64,000 bases of DNA from Paraphysomonas bandaiensis (Eukaryota > Protista > Chrysophyceae), in the NCBI GenBank assembly GCA_965644295.1, contig CBFFRP010000254.1, forward strand, positions 40,000-103,999. The letters are read 5' to 3'. This document shows, piece by piece, positions 23,194-36,514 of the stretch. Positions within the stretch are counted from its first letter, which is position 1. Every line of letters starts with the position of its first letter. The notes under the pieces were generated by a model that worked only from the letters and a program-made list of their open reading frames with translations, did not search any database and was not told the DNA's origin. The position numbers were made by a program, and so were the translations under genes.

Positions 23194-26100
23194 CTACTCG
23201 TCCAACATGCATAACATTGCACATCCCCTTCTAATCCAATGGTCTTCCCCTTTTGTTGTGGGCACAGGTAGAGACACCACGAAATTCGTAGAATGTCCGG
23301 TTGTCGACAAAGTTCCAGCCCTGAGAGAGGTCTTATATAGCGGACAATTATATACCGATGTCGGGTTATAATCCTCAGTGATGACAGGTTGAAGCCACAC
23401 ACATGGCATAACATCAAAGAGAACGCGAGGAAGTGAATCCGCCATTTTCATTTCAGTGCGATCGAATCGACCACCTTCCATAAAAAGACCATACACATAC
23501 GCGCCACTCTCAGGAGTCTCTGTGATCTGATCAACTTCGTACTGAGTCATGACACATCCAATTCGAAGAGTGTCGACTGCAATTTGGTTGTCGCGAGAAA
23601 ATGTTTGTTTGACAGCCGTCATAAAACCCTGTGGAAAAAAGAATCCCGACAACCAATATGTCAGCCGTGGACCATGCAGAAGCCAGTCGCTCATAAAGCT
23701 AATTCTCATAACAAAGTCCTCAACCCATGAAGGTAGTGGTTTCAGGCACGGGTAGCCAGCTTCTTCCCATCTAGCCGGCACTTTCTGAAAGACGAAGCAG
23801 TTGTACATCATCTCGAGCTCACCACTCATCACAACTTCTCCCTTGATTGCCCGCTGCAGTTCTCGCAATGTGGATTTCATAACTTCAATCAAACCATTAA
23901 ATCGTATTAATTCCTGGCCTAAAAATACACCCAAACTATTCACTGCATCCCCAAGCTTTTTGAAAGTATCGGGGTGAGCTTTACGTAGGTCATACACTGC
24001 AGGAAGGCGTTCACTTATTCTAGCAGCTATATCGATAACCTTCGAGTCTGTTGACCCATCTGATCCCCCACTTGAACCACCTCCGCCACCACCAGCACAC
24101 ACAACTATCGTCTCAATGAGGGCCTTCGATTCCTTTTGTTGTAGGGTGATAGATGCATTCTGATGAAGCCCAAACACGTAAGGTGCATCTTCAGAAGGCA
24201 GACTTCGTATATAGTCTCTGACGCCCTATAAATATTGAAATCAGAACCGTTTTAGAAGTAGGATGTAAATTTACTTACATTTATGTCACTATCTGGAGGT
24301 GCATAGTAGACACCATCTTCAGTAAACTTAAAGTCATCTCTCAAAATGCCAGGCACCATATACTTGCGAAGAATAGATGATATCGCCCGTTTATCCCATA
24401 TATCAGTTACTCTACCACCGTACGTGATATCAGCCACCTGATGCGTTGTCAAAATATAAATGGCATATATAAAAAACTGCTACCTGCACGTTAAGAGTTT
24501 CCCAGGGTACATCATCTTGCTCCTCAACATACATTCTCACTTGATTCATACCAGTTTTCAAGTCACTGTTCATCCATTCGTACGGTATGTTCCATCCAAC
24601 AGCACCAAACTTTCTTCGTTCCAAAATGAGGGCATTGAAGAAAGCAGTTGCAAAGGACAGTTTCTTATAAACCCCTGTCTTTGAACAGCTCTCATATTCT
24701 TCCGCAGAAATATCCAAAAAAGTTCTCATTAAATTAGCACGAAGACCGCGCGGGGGCTCATTTGTTACTTTTATACCATTCTGGAGTACAGGAACAGGGA
24801 AATTTTTGCTTGGCATGGAAGTAAGCCAGAGTCTGAAGTCGTTACTTACACTATCCGGGTCGTTTTGCATTGATTCCACCAGCTGCTCTAGTTTAGACAA
24901 CCATGATACTGCCAAGTGACAGTTCTGAAGGCACACCCAATCACCAGAACTCTGAGCAGAATCAATTGCTTTCTCTGCAATAGGACCCTGTCCCTGTCCT
25001 AAAGATATAATTCTCAACCCCGAGCCGCCCTTTCCTTTACTCTCTGCCAATGACAGAAGATAATCAGTTGGGTCGGCTCCAGGACTGAGTATAAAAATAA
25101 GAGGTGACACTGCGGTAGAATCGGAATAGGCCCCCTCCAAATCAAAAGGAGGGCTTTCGGTGTAATACTCTCCAATTGTTCCAGCCACATAGACTTTGAT
25201 CGCGAATGACACTTTTTCTTCGCGAAGTAACCTAACTAGAAGAAGCCTCTGAAATCCTGTTAACTTTTCATTCCATTCGCCAGGCAGAGAATCTTTATGT
25301 GGTGTATCGGATATTAAAAAGGTTGACCACTCCTCCACATTGTTTTCTACGTGCTCTCGAAGTCCAGGATAAAACTCCTGCAGGTCGTAATCCATCATAA
25401 CGATACATGTCCAAGTTTTCTCTGCGACGTGTTTTCCTCGTAGCAGCGCAGGCATCGGGAACTTATCCAGTATGGTTTTCTCAGGAACTGTTCCAACTAG
25501 AAATTGATGCCACTCTTTGTCAGAAACCCTGCCGGCTGAAATATCAATTTTCGTAGCGATTACAAACGCATACAGAAGTTTATCCTTTTCAAACAATCCT
25601 CGACAGACATTGGTATACATACTGTGGGTAACGTCGTTAATTAGAAGGTCCAAACGAGCTTGAAGATCTTCTTTCTTTTCAGTCTTCTTTAGACGCTGCG
25701 TAAACAAGTCTTTATAGTACTGTAAACTATATTCATACATAGGGTCCACCAGGGCAAGGTTGGCAACAACGAAATATATAACACTTCCTCGAGTTGCAAC
25801 TACACGATAACCTTCGCGAGTGTCATTGATCTCTTTCGTCGTTACCTCTGCTTCTTGTAGACGTCCATTGATTGCAGTTGACGTTGTCTTCGAACGAGCC
25901 AGCGCATTAATTAACTCTTCATCATCGAGAATATTGCCAGAAGCCGCAGCCAACATGGACAAAATCTCTTCTTCAATTTGCAACAGCTGCCCTTGATCCG
26001 CAGCAATTGACACTACCAGCAAATCGCGCTTTTCCTCTAAATCTGGACGCTCATTTTTGATTACATCTACAAGTAACTGATCTTCTAGCCCTTTCATCGT

Positions 26101-29100
26101 TACAGTAAAATTAATCACAGTTACTTTGATGCAAACTTCGGGCATGTAATGTGGATTAGCCAACTTAGTAGTGATGAGAAATCGGAAATCGTCACTGTAT
26201 GGGACATCAGAGTCACCAAGTCTCAGAAGATTTTGACCGCCACGTTTGAATATTTGTTTAAGCAAAACAGGCTCAAGACTTGGATCTAATTCCTGACCAA
26301 CGTTCTCGAGAAGAACAGGAGCGCCATAACGAATTCCATTTTCAAGAGTTCGGAGAAAGTCTTTCTCAGTCAGTTTAATTATCTGTAGATTTTGCTCTGC
26401 ATACATATTACGAATCCACCTATTCGCTTGACCCTGAGGATCCACCATTAGTGGCCACCGGCGCCCCATTGTTGTGAGGAGGCCATTTTCAGAACTAAAA
26501 TCATCAGCGGGCAGACCATCAATCTGCCATTTTCTCACTACCACAGGTTCGGCTAATGCATTGATTAGACTGAAGTCTCCACATGGTATCTCTAAATCCT
26601 TACACACTGTCATCCACTGCTTGACAATACGAGAACGAAAAGGAGAGGTAAATGGACCCAAGTAAGCCAAGCAACCTGCCGCAAGGCACATATCACCAAC
26701 GAGATTAACCAGAGAGAGCTGCAAATTGTGAGCACTTTCTTTCCATCGAATTTTCTCTCCTCCAAGCCCACCCAAAAGCTGACCAGCACGTACTAGCTGC
26801 TTCTTTGCCATCTCTGCTTGATGCTCGAGATCGGCTTTCTTCTGTTGCGTCTCTTGTAATGTTCGCTGCAGCTGAGCAACTTTGTCGAGTACAGCCTGTA
26901 GGGCAGCTTTCTTTACATTCAATTCACTCATAACAGTTTCAAGCTGAGCTTCAGCCTCGCGTAGCGCCTGTTTCTTTGGCTCGATATTCTTGGCAACTCT
27001 GTCGTAGACTACCATGGCTCTGACCCACATACATAAACACATGGCGGCACTCGACTGCTTCTCCACTTTCTCTGGAAGAAATCTGGGGTCATCGTAATAC
27101 TTCTTAACTTTCGATACAATTTTCTTTGGAATGTTATCTTTGTCGTAATTCTTAAGAACATCCATAAAGTCCATTTGCGATAAGAGTTTCTTAGCCTCGC
27201 CCCAATCAGGCTTGACATCAAGCAAAATGCACACAGCTTCCAAGGTAAACTTAACCATCTCTGGCGGATTGTTAAACGCCTTCATCTCTTGTATTGACTT
27301 CTTGTCGAGCGTGGATAGGGCACGCACCGCACTCTCGTATGCAGGCATGGCTTCATCTAAATCAGCTTGACAATCATCTTTAATAATCTTTACATTGGCT
27401 GCAACTTTATTGGCTTCATTCACATCCACCTCCACAACAGCAGCCTGTTCATCAGCGGCTTTCTGATCCACTGTGACCTGCTGTAACAATGTGTTCGTTT
27501 CTTCAGATGCTTTCACAAGCACTGGCTGCATGTCTGTCAGCTTAATTTCGAGAGCTGCCACCATTTGTTCTGTCTCATTCAGTTTATCAAGACCCACCCG
27601 ATACCTCTTTTCATTTAGACTAATCTTTTCTCTCTGCTTCTTGAGGGTGTCGACATATAGCTTTATGAGTTCTAAGTAGGAAGTTGGAGTAGTATAATTG
27701 TAACGCCTCAGCTCATGGAAATACAGCACAGTTTCTTGTTCAACAGTGCGATGGATCTTGTTACACATAATAGACAACTTGTCCACGTAATCCTCAATTC
27801 CGATTCCTTTTTGTTCGTCGAACATTCTGTGCGCGACAGAATACAATGCATCTTCAGGCCAGGCATTAAACCAGTCAATAGTGCAACAGTTAACTAGTGA
27901 AGGGAACATTCTGCACCGAGTACGAAATCCGGCTCCAATAGGAGACATGCACAATACAATGTGCAAATTCTCACGCACCAAGTAGACGAAGTGTTGAACG
28001 ACATTATCACGGGTATCAAGCTTTCCAGCCTTTTTTGCAAGTGGACGAACCAGCCCAATAATCTTTTCCCACTCGTCATTTTCAAAGAGATTGGGCACTT
28101 CGCCCGAGTTGAGAATGTTATTGATATCCTCCAGAAAAGTTTCAACAACAATTTGAGTGTCTGAAAACAAAAACACGGTGGGCGTATTTTTAGCACCGGC
28201 GTTGATCAGTATTTCTTTAATGTTCTCGTGCCACTCAGTCATACCATATCCCCTTGTGATTTCAATTTGTTTACATTTGTAGTCCGCCATGAATGCTGCC
28301 ATTCGTGTCAACGACTGCCTACCCGACCCACCGACACCAACCAGCAAGGCATTGCCTCTTGGTTGCGAGAGAACTCGCGATATACGACATACATGGTTAA
28401 TAGCATCATTGAAAAATACCAATTCCATTCTCGAAGAAAAAGTCAAGTTATATTCTTCGAGATACTCTAACAGTAGCTCGTTGATTTTCTGTTTATCGTC
28501 GAGCTCCTGGTATAACTTATTGCTCCGCGTCAAAAAATTGCCATATATAAGACCCGTAAAGTTTTCCATTGTCCAGTCCGTCATACCCAAGTTTTGCTGA
28601 AGTTGGTTTAATGTTGCTTCATCATACCACAATCTATCCTCATCATTGATCAGACGATCACGGAAAACACGCGCACCTTCATGACACCAGAGCCGGGTCA
28701 ACGACTCCTTGTCTGGTAAAAACTGCGCGGTTACCATGAGCATCCCTTGAAATACTTTACTCAAATCGCGGAGGTTGAAAGTGTAGTGAGATCGTAACGG
28801 CGTTGGCAGTAGCTCTTTCTGAATCTGAAGATATATATTTACCGAACTCTGCACCAGAGGCTGTGCCATATCAAGTAAAGCGGGTACATTTTGCTGAAGA
28901 AATCCACTCAATATACTCGTAAAAATACTACGCATCGATCTTTCAGTTAAGTTGGTTAGCCATACCATGTGGAAGTGCCTCAGTAGTCGAGGACTGACTT
29001 CATTTCTGCCACCACCAGGAGGAGCACATGCGGCTGCACACACCACGTCCTGAACTTGTTTAAAGAACAACTTCTGCACATCATAAAAGCCGCCAGAATC

Positions 29101-32100
29101 AATAACTTGTCGTAACAACTCATTTGGGGGCTGCGCACCATAAGTTTCAAGCGCAGGCATATTGAGATCATCAATAAACAAGAACATTTTCTTGCCACTA
29201 GGAGGACCCAATAAGTTCTTTCGCTTCTTCTCCAACTTTGTCTCCAGCACATCGCGAAGATTTTGTGGCTTCGTTTGGGCGGAGTATCCAACGACATAAG
29301 ATACGGTTTTACCCTCGGCGACCATTTCGTTCAGAAATGCGTTTATAACTACAGATTTACCAACACCAGTCTCAGCCATAAACAGCACGTTTTTTCCTGC
29401 GTTCATTAAAATGTCTAACACAAAGCGATATCGAGTGGTGTCTACTGTGGGTACTAAAATATTGAAGTATGGCGCATCAGGTACATACTCGAAGGGCGGT
29501 TGAATATCCGACCACTTGCGCAGAGCACCTTTCGATAAATCTACAAAACAATCATACGGATCAACCAGTATGTCGGAATAAGCAGCTCCAACAATTGAAG
29601 TGAACCTACTCGACACCCACTCCTGGAATCCTACACGACTACTATCGTCAATATTCGCTCCAATGGACCACACAAACGCCCACACTATCAGCGAACTAAT
29701 CAAATCTTTGTCTTTGCAAATAGACTTCGGATCATTCTCTCGCTTCAGACTCGCAGATATTAAATTGAGGAGCTCCGACGTGACTTGTATGTCACTCGTT
29801 GGAACTTTTTCTTTGCAAAACTCACGAAGATATTCCACGGCAGCAACAAGATGGCTCTCAATAAAAGTTACAACAGTCTTAGAGTGACGCTTCCCAACGA
29901 TATCCAATAGCGTGGTTTGACCCCACGTCTGCACAATGGACATCATACCGACGTGAACTTGTTCCATATACACCATACCACATCGACTAACAGTTGCAGG
30001 AGAAGCAACTTTCAGATCCTGAACTTCGAACATCATATGCAATGTTGATGGCAACTTAATACGCTCCGAGTTTGCCAAACACAGTGTTTTATTGTCATCC
30101 AACACCGTATTCATGTTCTCAATCCACACAGCATCGACAGGTCCATCGAATATAATCCACTTTCGATTATCAGATCCCTCATTTAATGCATTGACACAAT
30201 CACGAACAAGTTTCGGGACAATACCATCTTTCCATTCGTTCGTTAGCAAATTGAATTCACCATATAATTCGCCAGCAGTAATCGACTTAGGGTTCAAAAT
30301 CAAACAGTCCACTTGCTTATAAAACCCGTCCTTGTCAATCACACCATCCGAATGGAGACTACCCAATGCCTTGGCGAGAACCGTAACATTAGAACTTTTT
30401 CCTGATCCTGCTTCCCCTACTACCATCATTCCATGACGAACAAGTTGCGTTTCATGAACTTGAATAACCTTAGTAATAAATGCCGGTACCTTTTGCAAAT
30501 TCATTTCATCTAAGGCGTTCTCAATGGCCAGCTGCAAATTTCCGTAATCAACGTAAGGAACGTTAATACCAGGAAACAGGTCTTTCAAAATTCCTCCAAA
30601 GAGTGGTAAATCATGCTCCAAGAATTTGGGAACGTTGGAATCTCTCATTGCTCGAATTAGAAGTAAATCCTCATTCGTCTCAGGTTCCTTCCGTTTCAAC
30701 TGTCCAGCCGCGACCAGCACACTCTTCACTGCGCGCATACCAAAGTCATAATGGCACTGCTTTGACAACTGCTCAGAACTCAAGGCGTAAAGCTGAGACA
30801 TTTTATTTGACAAAGGAAGGGCATTCGCAAAACCTTCTGAAAACAAAATAATCTCAGCAATTAGACGGTAATCTGGAACCATCATGGCCACAGGTCGGAA
30901 GAGTGCCTTGAGATTATCAGGTAATTCAGTTCGTCCAGCATAACCCGGATTCATTGTGATAAATACACCAAACGCATAATTGAGGGGGATAATAGTACCT
31001 TCGAAATCAAACTTTTCAACACCCTTGCATATGGCTTGCTGAATACAGAGAATTTGCTGCGCAATCACAGACAGAACTTCAATATCAATGCGATTAAACT
31101 CGTCAAAACACGCCCATGCACCCTGTTGAGCAAGTCCTGAGAAAAACCTACCCATGATTTTATAATCAAGACCATCTGAACAATTGAAGACGACACAATA
31201 CACTGCGAGTGCTTTTGCGAGATCTTTTGTCGTCTCTGTCTTTCCAGTACCAGCAGGGCCTGCGGGGGCACCACCCAAACGCATATGCAGCGCACCAGTC
31301 AAGGTCATATAGCATGTGTCAGTTAACGGGGTAATAACTAGACGCGGACCATTTCCCAAGTACTCGTACCCATAACGAAACGAGCTATTCGTTTGCCTGG
31401 CAACGACATCATCCATATCGATGTCCCAGTAATACCTCAATTGCTTTGTCCAATCAAAATCAGTCAATGATTTCGTGCTTTTCGCGAGCAGGGCGCGGGT
31501 CACATCACGAGCATGCACATCAATGGTGAGAAGAGCGCCCAGTAGCGTTCTCTGTTGCTTCGACAACGGCATTCGCACCAAATCAACCATCGCATCAATC
31601 TGAAGCAAAGAAAACTTCAAGAAATTGGCCATTGAGTCCACATCTTCTCCTGATTCAAGCAGTATCAAAGCTTTCGTTCCATTGGCCGTCCACAAAACTT
31701 GATCAATAGCAATGACAACTTGAGCAGGATACGCCCAGAGCCATTCTTTACGATCAATGGCACTATCATCATCAGGTGGATAGTTTTCGTATGCCTTTTT
31801 CGATTGGTCATAAAGTGTCTATACAAAAATAAGCACAATAAGCAAGTCAAATACGTAATCACCTGTCTCATTCCCCTTTCAAACGTAAGTAACCATGACT
31901 CAACAGGACCTTCAGCCTTCACTGAGTCAGTTAAGGGTACATACTCCCCACTGGGGTCAACAAATCCGAGGATATCATGGGCATGCTTGCCTTCACCAAA
32001 CTTGATTCTCTTAATAGCGTCAAAGCATTTTCCCATATGGGGTTGTACTGCATGAGGATCTCTTGTTTGTGACATAATCTCAAGAAGTTCATCATTGGAA

Positions 32101-35100
32101 AGAAAGTAGAATCTTGGAAAAGCCATTCGTTTAGTTTCTAAATAATCTTCAAGCGACTTCTGAATACTTTCCAACGCAGCGTTATTCATTAAAAATGTAT
32201 CCAGTAAACTCGTTCCGTTATCTAGTGGCACCAATGCATTCATGACAAGTGGGTCTGAGTGAGTTCGGTGCATTATAGTTTTCCAAGAACGGTCAACAAC
32301 TAAGAACTTCTGGGACTCAGCAGGCAGCTGTTTCTGAATGTCTTCTGCACCAAAAATATTTTCCAGATACATCCAGTTCTTTTGGCATGCTAGCCACTCA
32401 TCAAGGGTTTCGGAGAGGACAGCAAGTTTTTTAGCCCATTCTTCCACAGCATCACGAATTCCCATAATATACCTGCTTCCGAGCATTGTCTGAAGTGTAA
32501 CTTGATTGTCCTCCAACAGGGTGAATATTTCATCAAAGGGGCCAAGAATATACAGCCCATGCTGATCTCGGTGATTAAGAACAATAAATTCAATTTTTTC
32601 CCACCCTGTTCGAATTTTTTCGAGAGAGTCTTCCAGAGCTGCTTCCCCAGAAGCACTGGCAGATTGCTCCTGTACAAAATCTTTGTGGTCTGTAACGTTG
32701 TGATCTAAAAGCTCTTGAAGACATAGCGGCATTTCATCGTAGTAAGTCATCCCGATCTTTGACAAAATACGCTCCCAGTGACGACCTTTGATATTCGGAT
32801 TTCCAAGATCCAAAACATTCGGCATTATCGTTTTGAAGTCGCCAACTTTCTCCTTTAACGCCTCACTCACAGTGTTATTTATTTTTTTATGGAGGTTATA
32901 ACTATCTTTGAAGAACACTTGCACTTCTTTATCAACTTCTTCAACATCGAGTTCAACTAAATGAGAAGTCAACCAGAAATTGTATTTCTCAGACCAGTTC
33001 TTTACTGTACTCCACAATGCCTTCATGGAGTCCCACCGGGCTCGACATGCCGTAATATCTTCAAAGTCAGACACAGGGCAGTTGAATAGCTTTTGGTATC
33101 CTGTGTATGTGTTTGCCAGCTGCTCAATAGCATCAAGCTTCTGCCCTAGCTGCTGCAGATCATCCATGATATTTTCGTAGTCATCTAGCTGACTTGCATC
33201 TGTGAAAGGTGGTTCCTCTAGTCTGCCAGCTATCCCAGACACCTGCACCACACTTCATCATATATTTCCATAACAGAATATAATATAACCTGCTCTGAAA
33301 GTTTGAAGATATTGATATCCAAATTATTCGACATTTCACCAAGCTTAGACTCTTTGAATGCCAGAGAGGCTTCCATTTCACTCCTGTACTCCTGCAACCG
33401 CTCATGTAGGTCCTCATGCGCAACTAAATGCTCCGGAGGCACCTGAACCTCATAGTGCTGTAGCAAATTGTATATCTGATCCACCTGAGAAGCGGCCTTG
33501 AATAAAGACCGTTCTTCCTCTCGCATCGCTTGTGTCGTGCTCACGTGTGCTGCAAACTCCTTGAGATGAGCAGGACGCATTACAAGTTTGGATAAATTCT
33601 CCTTAAAGTGATCCAATAACTGAGAACACTTTTCGCTACATTTCATTCATGTTACTCAAAAGAAAGACGATAGAACAACACGTACCTCGCTATGTCTTTC
33701 ATATAATCCTTTATTTCAAGAAGTCGGGCTTCCCGCATAGGATTTAGTTCGCCCTTTAAGCGCTTACTATCCACCTCAAGTACACCAATGGGTTTATTAC
33801 GCAACTTATCGAGCTCCTTGTTCCAATTGATTATATGTTCTAGCATAGCCTTTAAACTGCCCAAGTCTTGATGCTCCGCTTTATACGCAGCAAAATCCCA
33901 AGTTAAATTGAACATATAAATCGGACGCACTGATTCAAAAGTAAGAACGTGATCTTGCGCTCTCTCAAAATCCGTTGTGATTTTCTCTTGTATACGTTTA
34001 GAAATTCGTTGAAACTCACGGTTTTCACGGATAATAGACTGGATAATAGGGCCTCCTGATCCTGCACCTGATCCAGTTCTATTGGCATTCAGATAACTGA
34101 CACGGTTTACATTGCTAACTGTGTTCACCATTAGCTCAAGAAGCTTTTCCATGGAATCTCGAATCTCTTCACATGTTGGGCTGAAAACAGTTTTTGTGGT
34201 GGTAAACTGTATAGTAGTTTCAAAAATACCAACTTTCCTAGGCTTCATGAGCTCCTCCAAGAACGCTCCAGCGACATTGATCGTGATAGAGGACAGAGTC
34301 TCCACCGTTAAGTAGTCTACTAATCGGATAAATTCTGGTAAAGTGTTATACTCATAGATGGCTCTAATCTTTGTCTGCTTGCGTTCTAACTTCTCCTCCT
34401 GAATTTTAACAAGAGATTTAGCCTTTTCTGGGGAGGACCCATCATTGTATACAAGGCCTCCTTGTCCATCGTCTTCCTGCTGGACATTGTTGTGAAGAGT
34501 GGTCACTTCAACAATCACATTCTGGACTTCCGCAATTATCTTGCGAATGCTATCTTCAAATTGAGTACTGGCCTGCTGACAGCTGCTGTTTTGTTGCTCC
34601 ATAAAGTAATTTTTGTCACAACTTCTCAGCTCCAAGTGCAGCAGCTTTACATTCTGAACATCCAGTAGATGCTTCTTGATTTCAATGATAGGGGCACAAG
34701 AAGTCTTGCGTGCCAGAAAATATCTTTCCGATATTCGTTTTCTCTGTTTAGCAAACAACAAGAACCGAATATTTTCCTTCCACATGGTAAAGGCTTTTCT
34801 GTGAAGATAATACTTATAGAATGGTATATTGCGCAGGATGTTGAACATCATGCTCTGTCGCAGCCAGGAAGATAGGGGAATACATTCAGACGGCTGACCC
34901 GGACAAATGTGGACGATACCAGCTGCGGTCATAGTATAGTGCTCACCCTGATATCCCTCAGTCGGATTAATTACAATTAGGTCATATGGGCGGTAGTTTT
35001 TCGGGTCATCTTCTTGTACCAAGTGAACAAATTTTACCTACGTACAGTAAGATCAATAAATAACGAGATTAGCAGAATTAACATACTGGTGTGTCAGATC

Positions 35101-35748
35101 CATATCGAGCAAAAAAATTTATAGCATCTGCCCCTGTCTGAATACCCTCCATTATGGTAGTAATTTGCTCCAAGTCAGACAACGAACGATTGTTGGATGT
35201 TGGGGACGGTTGAACTGTACTAGCTTGTAACGTGGGAGCGGTTGTGTCATCGAGACCTGCGACGAATTAGGTTACAATGATGTCATGGATTGATAAATAC
35301 CAAGAAGTGTAGGAAGAAATTTCCCAGTTTCTTCTGGTTCAGCTTCCACTGGCTGTTGTGACGCACTAGATTTAGAATGTGAGGGTCGAGTTCTACTTTT
35401 CTTGGTCATTTCCGGCGGCAAAGTGCTCCTTGCCTCTGGGCGACCCGGAAGATTAAAAGTATCAAGAGGACCCAAGTCTAAACTATATATAGCTGACTCA
35501 TGAGCTTTGCGCTTCTGTAGCTCTAACCGCTTCTTCTCTTCGATTCTTTGAATCGCACTATTCGTTGTTTGCCCGTCATCAGTGGACTTTAGCAACCTTT
35601 TAATATCATCACGATCAACACGATTTAAACTGCTACTTAAAAATTTCTTAGCATCCTTTTCTTGGGATGGAGTATTTTCCTCGGTTATATATCTCGGGAG
35701 GGTATTAGACCGAGATGGATCAGGAACTTTGAGCTTACGTGTTGTCAT
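23194..35748 (-). CDS. DNAH6: Axonemal inner-arm dynein heavy chain (DNAH6-like), ~8 exons
   Basis: P-loops GPAGTGKT, GEAGSGKS, AETGVGKS and GVGGSGRQS; FPRFYFLS; CFDEFNR; stalk; C-terminal LSTTGHSTNFV...HWIRRG. The N-terminal RPYDL...IPFYK segment resembles DNAH6 (subtype less certain than family). Confidence 0.93.
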
Positions 35749-36514
35749 TCCTCCAGAGTAAAATGCAATTAATAACTATAGTAAGATTACAACAACATCA
35801 ATATATCCATGTGTCAAATTATTCATTGCATGATGACTTGTAGATGGTAGTTATAATATTAGCTACCAAGTATTGTGTACTATATAGCGATTGTATAGCA
35901 ACTCTGCGTGTCAATGCTACACACTATGCAGCTATCCCAACATATATCAACAGGAAGTGTATGTATACAGTAGAGTATGTATGAAGTGGACCATAAGAAG
36001 TTATGTATAGTCACTTCACACACAGACTCCATGTAACTGCCAACTCACAATAGTACGTGCCGCGGAAATACGATAATTAGCCAATCATAACACATATTCG
36101 TTACCTGCAATGAAATGCTTGGGTATAGATAGCAGGATAGCTTATTATTGGACCACATAATACACTGTAGTATCGTATGTATACTATACTTGTACCTATC
36201 AACTGTACCTACACACATACATGCACTCCACATGGTAGTACAGGAGTACCAGAGTACCAGAGTACCAGAGTACTGTGTGTACGCACAGAGGTGGTGAATA
36301 ATGACCTCACTTCTGTTCTTTCACCATCGAGTGTTCTTTCCTTCAAGTTACAGGACATACATACACTGGAGTGAGTGTATGGTATCAATACATACAGCAA
36401 TAACTCCATTGCCACTCATCATTATCTCATTCAATAGCTATGACAAATGCTACATTAGAATAGCAGCTGCTATTGTTTGATAACTGAATATTCTCTATAA
36501 CTAAACACTATAAC

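Noticed and set aside
23142-34875. Many short ORFs antisense or out of frame within the dynein gene (similar ones overlap other long genes)
   Set aside because: Shadow ORFs of long coding sequences with no motifs.
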